A stretch of DNA of 63,437 nt, the filler included, from Octopus bimaculoides (lineage: Eukaryota): NCBI RefSeq assembly GCF_001194135.2. It is 7 parts of 6 records of this genome, joined end to end, with 100 filler letters (N's around TTAATTAATTAA, not from the genome) between each part and the next. Parts side by side here need not be neighbours in the genome. Positions count along the whole stretch, not along the records: positions 1 to 6,325 come from NC_069005.1; positions 6,426 to 8,948 come from NC_068994.1; positions 9,049 to 15,418 come from NC_068985.1; 4 more parts are not named here. One strand, given 5' to 3'. Position 1 is the stretch's first letter. Each line of letters opens with the position of its first letter. The notes under the pieces are model-generated. The model was given only the letters and a program-made list of their open reading frames with translations, ran no database searches and was not told the DNA's origin. Below are positions 1-11,689 of this stretch, one piece after another. The position numbers were made by a program, and so were the translations under genes.

Positions 1-149
1 CCGGTTGCTAAACCGAAGAAGCCTTATCTCCAAAGAACCCTTTATCTGCCATCGAAAGGGCTTGAACTCAGTGGTCAGGGAACAGCTGGAAGGATCCGTA
101 TATTACTTGGGAATAATTTCATGACTCATAAAGAATTTTCTTACTGAGA

Positions 150-722
150 CACACTTATGCAAACACACTCGCACACACACACACACATACACACACACAC
201 ACATACACACACACGCACACATTCATATACACACACGCACATATGTTCATATTTGTGCATACGAACATGCACACATAAATACACGCACACACGTATATAT
301 GCACATGCACACATGTACACATCCGTGCAGTTACACACCACCTACATGCACACACGTAAACATACGCCCAAACAAGCACACATATGTAAATGTATGTATG
401 AGTAGGTTTAAAGTCATGCGTGCATTAAATACACACGCGCACTCATATGCACATACAAGTAACTTGTCATATAAATTTCTAGAGATGTGATAACAACATA
501 TTTATTCCATCATCATCGTCGTCCTCGTCACCACCACCACCACCACCACCATCATTAGCAGCAAGTGCAGCAGCAGCAGCAGCAGTAGCAGCAGTAGTCA
601 CCAGGACTGATATCACCAAAGCAAGCTAGCAGCTCATGATAATCAGGATATCAGTTCAGGAATATCATATGATATTCATACATACATACATACATACATA
701 CGTACGTACGTACATACATACA

Positions 723-764
<42 letters not shown>

Positions 765-810
765 AATATATATACATATATATATACATACACACACACG
801 TACACACACA

Positions 811-846
<36 letters not shown>

Positions 847-1102
847 NNNNNNNNNNNNNNNNNNNNNNNNNNNNNNNNNNNNNNNNNNNNNNNNNNNNNN
901 NNNNNNNNNNNNNNNNNNNNNNNNNNNNNNNNNNNNNNNNNNNNNNNNNNNNNNNNNNNNNNNNNNNNNNNNNNNNNNNNNNNNNNNNNNNNNNNNNNNN
1001 NNNNNNNNNNNNNNNNNNNNNNNNNNNNNNNNNNNNNNNNNNNNNNNNNNNNNNNNNNNNNNNNNNNNNNNNNNNNNNNNNNNNNNNNNNNNNNNNNNNN
1101 NN

Positions 1103-1156
<54 letters not shown>

Positions 1157-1377
1157 GCAAAAACACAAATGCACGCACACACAAACACGCAAATGCTCAC
1201 CACATCCATACACATGTAACATATGCACGTATGTATATTATCAGATAATTAAATCCGTTCTGAGACCTTAACGCAAAACCACAACTCGTATAACGACTTC
1301 ATGTTATCGCATGAGATATAACACGCTGTATAGCACTACACTGTGGCGGTAATAAACCGTATTAAACCTGTGATTGG

Positions 1378-1434
<57 letters not shown>

Positions 1435-1491
1435 ATGTCTGTCTTCCTGTCTGTCTGTCTTTCTATGTATCTATGTGTCTGTCTGTCTGCC

Positions 1492-1531
<40 letters not shown>

Positions 1532-1700
1532 GATCGATCGACCTTCACGCACACACACACACACACATACACACACAAACACACACACACATACACACAC
1601 AAACACACACACACACATACACACACAAACACACACACATACACACACAAACACACACACACATATACACACACAAACACACACACACATATACACACCC
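150..1700. repeat. Compound microsatellite block ((CA)n, (TA)n, (TACA)n, (TCTA)n, (TC)n, (CAC)n/(CAG)n) with an N gap
   Basis: Directly visible short-period repeats. They generate the HTHT/CVCV/YIYI pseudo-ORFs in the track. Confidence 0.97.
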
Positions 1701-1737
1701 ACATTTCCCCCTGTCTCTCGCTCACTTTATATGTATC

Positions 1738-2163
1738 ATTTTACTTGTTTCAGTCATTGAATTGCGGCCATGCTGGGGCACCGCATTGAAGTATTTCGTC
1801 CAACACTTCTACTCAGTACTAATTTGTTTAGATCTGGTACTCGTTCTAGTCGCTTCTTTGGCTCAACTGCTGAATCACAGAGACGTAAACAAGCCAACAC
1901 CGATTGGAAAGTGATGTGGAAAAAAACCCAAAACAACGCACGAATACTCGCACACATACATAAATACATACACAAACACGTACACGTACCTACACATACT
2001 CACATGGTGTTCTACACAGTTTTTCTATCAAATTCACTCACAAGGCTTTGGTCGAGCCAAGGGTATAGGAGAAGATATTTGCCCAAGGAGCCTTGCAGTA
2101 GGACTGAACCCGAAACCGCATGGTTGCAAAGCGACCATTTTAACCACACAAAACCATGCCTAT
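1738..2163 (-). mobile_element. tRNA-derived SINE, family A (internal CA/TG tract)
   Basis: Reverse complement of the 3047-3420 copy. Shares ttacttgtttcagtcatt..gcggccatgctgg and ctcacaaggctttgg..gcccaagg..ggactgaacccg..catggtt with 37075-37463. Confidence 0.85.
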
Positions 2164-2281
2164 GGTATTAAGAGTATACATACATACAAAATATGTATAT
2201 ACGTATTAAATACATTCCAGAAGTTTATCATTTAAATATATATGAGTATGTCTAGATATGCAACTATATGCGTGAGAAGGT

Positions 2282-2638
2282 GGAGGCGCAATGGCCCAGT
2301 GGTTAGGGCAGCGGACTCGCAGTCATAGGATCGCGGTTTTGATTCCCAGACCGGGCGTTGTGAATGTTTATTGAGCGAAAACACCCAAAAGCTCCACGAG
2401 GCTCCGGCAGGGGATGGTAGCGAACCCGGCTGTATTCTTTCACCACAATTTTCTCTCACTCTTACTTCCTGTTTCTGTTGTGCCTGTAATTCAAAGGGTC
2501 AGCCTTGTCACACTCTCTGTAACGCTGAATATCCCCGAGAACTACGTTAAGGGTACACGTGTCTGTGGAGTGCTCAGCCACTTGCACGTTAATTTCACGA
2601 GCAGGCTGTTCCGTTGATCGGATCAACTGGAACCCTCC
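2282..2638 (+). mobile_element. tRNA-derived SINE, family C
   Basis: Head with A box TGGCCCAGTGG and B-box-like GGTTTTGATTCC. Highly similar inverted copy at 34917-35276. Ends gatcaactggaaccctc. Confidence 0.9.
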
Positions 2639-2822
2639 ACCACATACATACATACATACATACTTGGCCTGTTGTAGATGTTGAAATTCCAATGAAGGAG
2701 CCTTGGATCTACATTACAAACGGACTTTTTCTCTATTGGCAAGAAATCTTAAAATAAAACTGAACAATGACACACACATACATACATACATACATACTTT
2801 TTATTTTATTTTATTTATTTAT

Positions 2823-2864
2823 GTACCCGAAGAGACCCAGAACGGGTCGAAACATGTGTCGTAC
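2823..2864 (+). ncRNA. Minimal Penelope-type hammerhead ribozyme motif (U4C variant)
   Basis: gtac-CCGAAGA-gaccc(agaac)gggtc-GAAA-c(atgt)g-TC-gtac. Helices I, II and III all close, the cleavage triplet is GUC, and AATAAA follows. One core deviation (CCGA for CUGA). Confidence 0.75.
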
Positions 2865-3046
2865 TAAATAAAATCGTTTCTTCGATCTATTTTACTAATA
2901 CTGTTACCTCAACCGCCACTACGAAGTTCCTGCAATCTACGGATAACAACAGGTAATCGAAACTGTGCCGGTGCTTTACTCATCATCCCCTTATACATTT
3001 TGTATAATTTCTCCATTATATATATGTATATATTTATCTATACCAC

Positions 3047-3209
3047 AGGCGCAGGCGTAGCTGTGTGGTAAGAAGTTTGGTTCCCAACCGCATGGTTCCG
3101 AGTTTAGTCCTACTGCATGGCATCTTACGCAAGTACCTACTTCTATATCTTCGGGGTAACCAAAGCCTTGTGAGTGGAGTTAGTAGACGGAAGCTGAAAG
3201 AAATCCGTC

Positions 3210-3260
<51 letters not shown>

Positions 3261-3420
3261 TATGTATGTGTGTGTGTGTGTTTGTGAGTGTTTGTTCCCC
3301 AGCACTGCTTGACAACCGGCGTTGGNNNNNNNNNNNNNNNNNNNNNNNNNNNNNNNNNNNNNNNNNNNNNNNNNNNNNNNNNNNNTCGGCAAAACACAGC
3401 GATAGAACAAGTACAAGGCT
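3047..3420 (+). mobile_element. tRNA-derived SINE, family A
   Basis: Head aggcgcaggcgtagctgtgtggtaagaag..ggttccgagtttagtcc, internal (TG)n, tail gcttgacaaccgg..gatagaacaagtac. Interrupted by a gap. Confidence 0.85.
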
Positions 3421-3439
3421 TTACAAAATAACGATGGTG

Positions 3440-3496
<57 letters not shown>

Positions 3497-3498
3497 TG

Positions 3499-3532
<34 letters not shown>

Positions 3533-3570
3533 CAACAACAACAACAACCACAACAATAATAATAATAATA

Positions 3571-4060
3571 AGTGTTATCATGTACATTGTTTTGTCTTGG
3601 TATAAAAAGATGGGCTACAGCAAATATTCTGCTCAATACCACAGATTTGCTTGTCAGTTGCTTGACCTTAACCAGTTGAGCATGTCCCTTGGTGGTTGAC
3701 GATATGTCCATCTCTGATCATGAAGTAGTGGGAGAGCATCATAGCCATGTGTTGATAGGAATTCTTTGGGGTTTGAATAATTAACTTCTGGAAACATGGC
3801 TGTTTTGTTCATCATCCTTAAACAAAATTTATTGGGGCCTTTTGAGCGGGATAGGCTACTCAACCCGAAGAAAATTTTAACTAGACCCCACGTACAAGGT
3901 CATGCGTTGCTTATCTTGATACAAGGTGACCATGTAGCGCACACATGGTTGTGATGCATGTGCCTGGTGTACCCTTATCAGACGGGTAGTCATGATGGGT
4001 ATAGTGGGCTTCGTATATTTTTACCCCAGTGTCACTTTGATGGCATGCGCTGCTCTCTCA
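3571..4060 (+). mobile_element. ~490-bp interspersed element embedded in (TAA)n, unclassified (copy 1)
   Basis: Aligns end to end with the inverted copy at 13545-14037. Starts aagtgttatcat, ends ctgctctctca. (TAA)n on both sides. Confidence 0.8.
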
Positions 4061-4063
4061 AAA

Positions 4064-4097
<34 letters not shown>

Positions 4098-4604
4098 GTA
4101 CTAAAATTCTTCAAGGTAGCGCTCTAGCATGGCCGCACTCTAACAACTGAAACAAGTACATGGTAAAAGATAGAAATTAAAAGATATACATATATATATA
4201 TACACACACATATATATAAATTTTGAGTACCTCTTCCGAAACATGGATAACACAATTGGCAAACGATTTCTGGTGCAGAAGAAAGTTAGATTGCTTCAAC
4301 GTGCTGCTATTCCTGTTAATGACGTGAAGAAATAAACACATCGTAATTGTGGCCGGGAATATTTCTTCGAGCATTAGCGAGAGCTCTCAATAAAAGAGAA
4401 AATATCAAATTTCGAGCGATAATAAATAATACAGCTAAGAGGAAGAGTCGCTCGGAGTTATAGTCAGCTAAATATACATACATACATACAAACACACACA
4501 CACACATACATACATACATACATACATACATACATACGGAGTTATAGTCAGCTAAATATACATACATACATACATGCATACATGCATATATGCATACATA
4601 CATG

Positions 4605-4635
<31 letters not shown>

Positions 4636-4636
<1 letters not shown>

Positions 4637-5800
4637 TTGAGTAATTCCAGAAATAATGCGATTTTTTAATACTTCTTTTATGTTTCAAAATTAGGATAAA
4701 CAAAGTTCTTTTTTAATCTAAAATATACTCTCCTTCACTTCCTACAATGCTCTTCCATCTATCTGGTAGACATGCAAAGCTCCTCTTCCAAAATTCACTT
4801 GTCCGTGATGAAAAATATTCCCCCAGTACTGTTCTGATCTCGTCTACTGAATTCATATTTTTCCGTTCAAATAATTTTGAAGACTGCGGAATAAATGATA
4901 ATCAGATGGGACAATGTCCAGCGAATATGGTGGGTGGGCATCGTTTCCCATTCAAACTGCTCCAGCCTTGAATGTCATCCTCACTGTATGTGGTCGAGCA
5001 TTATCCTGATGGAAAAACACCTTTCGTCTTCAAACCAAAGATGGTCGTTTTCCTTCTAGCGCTGACTTAAGCCACTCAAACTGCTCCGAAATAGATCTCC
5101 TTTGTTATCGATTGGTTTGGGTTTAAAAACTCAAAGTAGACTAAACCATTCATATCCCAGCAAACAGATAACAATGCCTTACGTGAGTGAAGACCTTCTT
5201 TAGCCTGGGGTGCCAATGTTTCTCCTTTGCCTACCCACTGTCTTCGGCGCTTGACATTTTTATAGAGAACTAATTTCACGTCACCAGTCACTATTCGGTC
5301 CAAGAATTTAAAAAAAAAGGTTCATTCTTGAGATGTGACAGCAAAGAGCACACATTTATTCTCTGCGCGCGATTAGCCTGGAAAAGTTTGTGAGGAACTA
5401 ATTGACCTAATTTGCTGACTTTTCCGATGGTACGCAGGTGTCGATGACTGGTTGAATGACCAAATCCAAGTTTCTCTGCTAGTTCGTCAATATTCACAAT
5501 GGAATTCTGTTCCACCAGGGTTTGTAGAAAGTCCTCGTCGAGCTTTACAGATCTTCCAGCATGAGGCTCACCTTCTAGGCTGTAGTTTCCGGCTCGGAAT
5601 TTCTGGAACCACCGTTGACACTAGCTTACGCTTATTGTCCGATTCCCATATACTGCATTAATATTCCACGCACTTTCCGTTGCGTTGTTGCCTTTATTGA
5701 ATTCAAAGCAAAATATGCCGAATATGCTTCTTTGTCACTTCCATTATAGCTTTGAAAAGAATAACTGTTAAAATCGAACTGCACTCTTCAAAACTTGCAT
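4636..5800 (-). mobile_element. Near full-length degenerate mariner (D,D34D transposase pseudogene at 4713-5744)
   Basis: MEVTKKHIRHIL..RWFQKFRAG..LVPHKL..IVTGD..HQDNARPH..PYSLDIVPSDYHLF..EYILD*, with stops and frameshifts. 3' TIR-like ttgagtaattccagaaataatgcg at ~4636. Confidence 0.92.
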
Positions 5801-5814
5801 TAAGAATAAGCAAC

Positions 5815-6158
5815 ATTTTCTAGGGAGATGGCTCAGGTGTCGCAGGCCAATTGAATGGGCACCAAGGTCACCAGATTTAACTCATAGGGACTTTTTCTTC
5901 TGAGGTTAGATTAAGTCCCTTGTGTATTCTGAAAAGATTCGCAACCAAGGATATCTTCAAAGAATTGTTGAAGTGTGTGAACAAGTCAATGGCAATGAAG
6001 AGCTATTTGAGAGAGTTCGTTGTAATATCAAAGTCCATATGAACACTTGCTAAGAGCTACATGGCCAACACTTTGAACATTTGTAATGAATTACTTACTT
6101 CATTGCTAATAAAGCATACTTGATATCTCCCATGGTGCGTGACTTTGTGGCCACACTG
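5815..6158 (+). mobile_element. 3' fragment of a Tc1/mariner-superfamily transposase with terminal repeat
   Basis: GRW..WAPRSPDLTHRDFFF*G*IKSLVY..HGQHFEHL. Ends gactttgtggccacactg|TA, similar to the TIR of the 36134 MITE. Confidence 0.85.
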
Positions 6159-6160
6159 TA

Positions 6161-6217
<57 letters not shown>

Positions 6218-6248
6218 CTTTCCCTCGCTCTCTATCTATATACACACG

Positions 6249-6288
<40 letters not shown>

Positions 6289-6745
6289 AATATTAATTTT
6301 GATGATAAAGAATGATGGAGGAAATNNNNNNNNNNNNNNNNNNNNNNNNNNNNNNNNNNNNNNNNNNNNTTAATTAATTAANNNNNNNNNNNNNNNNNNN
6401 NNNNNNNNNNNNNNNNNNNNNNNNNTATATATATATATATGAAGGAAGATTCAGGATATCAAGGTGAATACTTCAGACAACGTTTGATACAAAATCGCGG
6501 ATAAGTTGTATAAGGAGAAAAAATAATCTAGCAGTTAATACAACATGCTTTATAGAAACTGAAAATCCAGGAAAAAACACCGAATATAAGAAAAGTTCGT
6601 GCATTGCAGAGTATAAAATGAAACAGTCGAAGAAATAAAGATGGTGATATCGTATTTATTAATTGCTTTACGAATAACCGTGATGAGATGACATATTTTC
6701 TTTTAATATTGCATGGACTTTCATAATCTTTATATATCTTCTTTA

Positions 6746-6866
6746 ATTTTCGTGTATGTGATCCAGCAAGTCAATTGATGTCTCAATTCCAAAGGATATC
6801 GAAACTATCGTGACTAATTAATATATGTGATAACGTCATAATAATTTCTTCTATATCGTGACTAAT
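6746..6866 (+). repeat. 121-bp direct repeat, copy 1 (copy 2 at 8225-8345)
   Basis: Identical except for one base (6769 a vs 8248 t). Offset 1479 bp. Confidence 0.95.
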
Positions 6867-6907
6867 TAATATGTGATAACGCCATATTAATTCTATCTAC
6901 CTATCTA

Positions 6908-6944
<37 letters not shown>

Positions 6945-7029
6945 ATATATATCACATGTGTGTGTTTGTATGTGTTTGTGTGCACATATTTATGTGTGTG
7001 TGTCCGTCGCGCGCGAGTGTGTATATAAT

Positions 7030-7190
7030 CTTTTACTTGTTTTAGTCATAAGACTGCGGCCATGCTGGAACACTGTCTTTGTAGGACATTTATTTAAAGT
7101 TTGGTACCTATCATAAGTCTGGTACTATTTTTGCCGAACTGCTAAGACGCAGGAACGTCAACAATCCAACACCGGTTTTCCAGCGTGTTG
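7030..7190 (-). mobile_element. SINE family A tail fragment
   Basis: ttttacttgttttagtcataagactgcggccatgctggaac..ccaacaccgg, as in the other family A copies. Confidence 0.7.
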
Positions 7191-7666
7191 ATAAATAAAG
7201 TACCACCTGGGTCAATCTAATCGACTGCCCACCTCTCCAAAACTTTCGGGCCTTATGCCTCGAATAGAAAAGAATAATATTACTTTCTCGTGTTAGATCC
7301 CATCTTCATATGAATCTCGTACTTGTCCAATATTCTTTCCAGTTGTAATTCTTTCATCTACGAATCCAATATTCCAGTCGGTCAAGCACTTCATGATTGC
7401 GTACAGAAGCAATTAGAACAGTGTCCTTGAGAAAAATCCCGTAATATAAGATTTTTTTGTTTGCTTTTGTTTCGTTTTAGGATTTTTCGTTTTCCTTTTC
7501 TTTTTTTCTCTTTTTCTTTTTTTTGCTAATTGTTCTAATATTCTCCGAACATGATTTTCACCGCTACCGTTCTTATACCATCGTCATCGCCGTGGCCCTC
7601 TTTCCCATTCTCCAGCTTGTTGTTGTTGTTGTTGCTCTTCTTCTTCTTCTTCTTCTTCTTCTTCTT

Positions 7667-7699
<33 letters not shown>

Positions 7700-7704
7700 A
7701 CTGC

Positions 7705-7913
7705 TGCTGCTGGCAGAATCGTTAGCACGCCGGGCAAAATGCTTAGCGGCATTTCGTCCGTCTTTACGTTTTGAGTTCATATCCCGCCGAGGTCGACAAT
7801 GATCTTTCATTCCTTCGGCGTCGATAAATTAAGTACCAGTCAAGTACTGTGGTCGATGTGATCGACTTACACCTTTGCCACAAAATCCAGGCCTTGTGCC
7901 CATAATAGAAAGG

Positions 7914-7915
<2 letters not shown>
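7705..7915 (+). mobile_element. SINE-like family B with (TTA)n tail
   Basis: ctggcagaatcgttagcacgccgggcaaaatgcttagcgg..gaggtcgac..aagtaccag..ggccttgtgcc..tagaaaggattatt. About 10 copies or fragments in the window. Confidence 0.88.
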
Positions 7916-7960
<45 letters not shown>

Positions 7961-7962
<2 letters not shown>

Positions 7963-8480
7963 GAAAACACACAGCTTATTTTGCTGAGAATGATGGAAAG
8001 TGTCAGCTGTCCACAGCCAGCAGACTAAGGTGACCCTTGTTTACTGGTCCTGCTTCAAGAACTCTGCGAAGAATCTTTGCAGTTCCAAGCAATGCTGGTT
8101 TTTGTAGGTGTTCTACCTTCACACTTGCACCAATCTTTTTCATCCATGCTGGTAGCTGAATGCTGATACTCTCTTCATTGTCCACAACCTTCGTAATTCC
8201 CACTTTAAATCGTCATAGTTGTTTATTTTCGTGTATGTGATCCAGCATGTCAATTGATGTCTCAATTCCAAAGGATATCGAAACTATCGTGACTAATTAA
8301 TATATGTGATAACGTCATAATAATTTCTTCTATATCGTGACTAATAATGTCCGGTTTCCGATGTCTGGTCGGGTGATAGCACTGAATCATTCATCCCACT
8401 GGATTTTGCAGTTCTCATTTTCGGAACATCGAAACATCGATGTCCATTGCTCCCGGATAGGATTTGGAGTGAATTGTCTC
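7961..8480 (-). mobile_element. 3' fragment of an R4/Dong-like restriction-like-endonuclease (REL) LINE
   Basis: ENENCKIQWD..IQCYHPTRHRKPDII..[insertion]..KINNYDDLKWELRRLWTMKRV..WMKKIGASVKVEHLQKPALLGTAKILRRVLE, then a short 3' UTR running into (TAA)n at 7916-7960. Confidence 0.88.
8225..8345 (+). repeat. 121-bp direct repeat, copy 2 (interrupts the REL domain)
   Basis: Matches 6746-6866 and lies between KPDII and KINNY of the LINE frame. Confidence 0.95.
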
Positions 8481-8668
8481 TCCTGTCTATGACTTCCAGG
8501 GTTTTTTTTTTTACATTAAGCGCTTTGAGAGAGTCATCTCTACCGCATCAAATCTCAGCCTTCCAGCGAACAAGCAGAGAGCATACGCTGTCTATGTGTG
8601 GTCGATAATGTTTTCCAATCGACCACATTATCCAACAGTATCGCTGCTTTTGATGCATATTTAAATAT

Positions 8669-8721
<53 letters not shown>

Positions 8722-9048
8722 TTTATATATATATATATGCATATATATACATATATATATGTACATATATATACATATATATATATTTATATACATATAT
8801 ATATATTTATATACGTATATATATATGTACATATATATACATATATCTATTTATATACATATATATATGTACATATATATACATATATATATTTATATAT
8901 ATATATATATGCATATATATATGTACATATATATACATATATATATTTNNNNNNNNNNNNNNNNNNNNNNNNNNNNNNNNNNNNNNNNNNNNTTAATTAA
9001 TTAANNNNNNNNNNNNNNNNNNNNNNNNNNNNNNNNNNNNNNNNNNNN

Positions 9049-9085
<37 letters not shown>

Positions 9086-9787
9086 GATTGTGTGTGCATG
9101 TATGAATGTATATATGTATGCATGTACAACTATCCCGCTTCGAAAGATTCTCCCTTTCTTGCTTGCTCGAATCTCTGGTTAGTAACAATAACTGTGATAC
9201 TTGTACAATGTAAACTTTCGGGAGTAAAAGCGCAGTTTTAAAAAGAAAAAAAAAAGGCGAAGAAAAAAGGCATACATAGGCACTTGAAAAAACAACAACA
9301 AAAAAAGGGAGATATGAAAAAAAAGTCAATAAAAAAACCTGATGTAAAAAAAAAAGATGGGAAACATTTTTTCTTTCACGTGGGGCAGTGTTAGTAGGAG
9401 TAGAAGTCATGACGAAGGGGTCTAGAGAAATGTTTCGGACGTCATCAGGTACGTATTGTATTCCCGAGAAGACGTTGTCAAATACTTGATTCTGGGATTA
9501 AATTCCATTTGTTGTTCTGTGTCATTATCCCTTTGTGTGCGTTTGTACTGGATATATGCCTTTGGTCATCTAGATCTGCATTTTACATTGCTACTGCTGT
9601 CGTTGTCGTTCATGTTGTTACAGTTGTTGTCGTCGCTGCTGTTTCTTCGTGCGCTATAGTCATATGTGTGTATGTGTGCCTGTACGTACGTATGTATGTA
9701 TGTATGTATGTATGTATGCATGTATGTATGTACGTACGTAAGTACGTACGCACGTATGTATGTATGCAACTATCTGTCAATTTATCC

Positions 9788-9820
<33 letters not shown>

Positions 9821-9848
9821 CATACATACATACATACATACATGCATA

Positions 9849-9886
<38 letters not shown>

Positions 9887-11598
9887 NNNNNNNNNNNNNN
9901 NNNNNNNNNNNNNNNNNNNNNNNNNNNNNNNNNNNNNNNNNNNNNNNNNNNNNNNNNNNNNNNNNNNNNNNNNNNNNNNNNNNNNNNNNNNNNNNNNNNN
10001 NNNNNNNNNNNNNNNNNNNNNNNNNNNNNNNNNNNNNNNNNNNNNNNNNNNNNNNNNNNNNNNNNNNNNNNNNNNNNNNNNNNNNNNNNNNNNNNNNNNN
10101 NNNNNNNNNNNNNNNNNNNNNNNNNNNNNNNNNNNNNNNNNNNNNNNNNNNNNNNNNNNNNNNNNNNNNNNNNNNNNNNNNNNNNNNNNNNNNNNNNNNN
10201 NNNNNNNNNNNNNNNNNNNNNNNNNNNNNNNNNNNNNNNNNNNNNNNNNNNNNNNNNNNNNNNNNNNNNNNNNNNNNNNNNNNNNNNNNNNNNNNNNNNN
10301 NNNNNNNNNNNNNNNNNNNNNNNNNNNNNNNNNNNNNNNNNNNNNNNNNNNNNNNNNNNNNNNNNNNNNNNNNNNNNNNNNNNNNNNNNNNNNNNNNNNN
10401 NNNNNNNNNNNNNNNNNNNNNNNNNNNNNNNNNNNNNNNNNNNNNNNNNNNNNNNNNNNNNNNNNNNNNNNNNNNNNNNNNNNNNNNNNNNNNNNNNNNN
10501 NNNNNNNNNNNNNNNNNNNNNNNNNNNNNNNNNNNNNNNNNNNNNNNNNNNNNNNNNNNNNNNNNNNNNNNNNNNNNNNNNNNNNNNNNNNNNNNNNNNN
10601 NNNNNNNNNNNNNNNNNNNNNNNNNNNNNNNNNNNNNNNNNNNNNNNNNNNNNNNNNNNNNNNNNNNNNNNNNNNNNNNNNNNNNNNNNNNNNNNNNNNN
10701 NNNNNNNNNNNNNNNNNNNNNNGTGTGTGTGTGTTTGTTTGCGTGTATGTGTGTGTGTTTCACTTGTTATTTATTCCCTCCTCTGTATATATATATAATT
10801 TTATTTTTTTCCCAATATTCTTTGCTCGCGTTTTCTTTTATTTCTTCGTTTTCTTGGATAGATTTCATTTATTTTCGACTCTGCCACATACTCGGTAACA
10901 ATATCAGTAGTGAGTAAGCGAGTTAAAGCTTTGAAAAGGTAACAGTTAGCTCCAAGGGAAGGAACCGCTGTGTAGAAATAACGGCCTTGCTAATCGAGGT
11001 CCGATGAATATAGTTTCAATGACAGTAATTTATATTATTTCTAGGCTGCATACATGCGTCAACGTTAACTCACGAACATGTATGTATGTATGTATGTATG
11101 TATGTATGTATGTATGTATGTATGTATGTGTGTGTTGGTGCGTGCAAGTGTGTGTGTTTGTGTGTGTGTGATTGCAATTCTGTATGTCTATGTATACGAT
11201 TATTTGAATTATACAATCTCTCTACAGCTACCTACCAATACCACTGATATTAATGCAATTAATAATGATGATAATAANNNNNNNNNNNNNNNNNNNNNNN
11301 NNNNNNNNNNNNNNNNNNNNNNNNNNNNNNNNNNNNNNNNNNNNNNNNNNNNNNNNNNNNNNNNNNNNNNNNNNNNNNNNNNNNNNNNNNNNNNNNNNNN
11401 NNNNNNNNNNNNNNNNNNNNNNNNNNNNNNNNNNNNNNNNNNNNNNNNNNNNNNNNNNNNNNNNNNNNNNNNNNNNNNNNNNNNNNNNNNNNNNNNNNNN
11501 NNNNNNNNNNNNNNNNNNNNNNNNNNNNNNNNNNNNNNNNNNNNNNNNNNNNNNNNNNNNNNNNNNNNNNNNNNNNNNNNNNNNNNNNNNNNNNNNNN

Positions 11599-11689
<91 letters not shown>

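Noticed and set aside
1-147. Open frame PVAKPKKPYLQRTL..KEFSY* at the window start
   Set aside because: Only 48 codons, truncated by the window edge, with no recognisable motif.
4452-4575. Short local duplications (also 48251-48300, 51521-51626, 42792-43220) and TG/CA fold-backs (12790, 14822)
   Set aside because: Ordinary slippage products in microsatellite-rich DNA.
9420-9455. Minus-strand gtac-CTGATGA-cgtcc-GAAAC, resembling a hammerhead core
   Set aside because: No helix III partner, NUH triplet or helix I complement follows.
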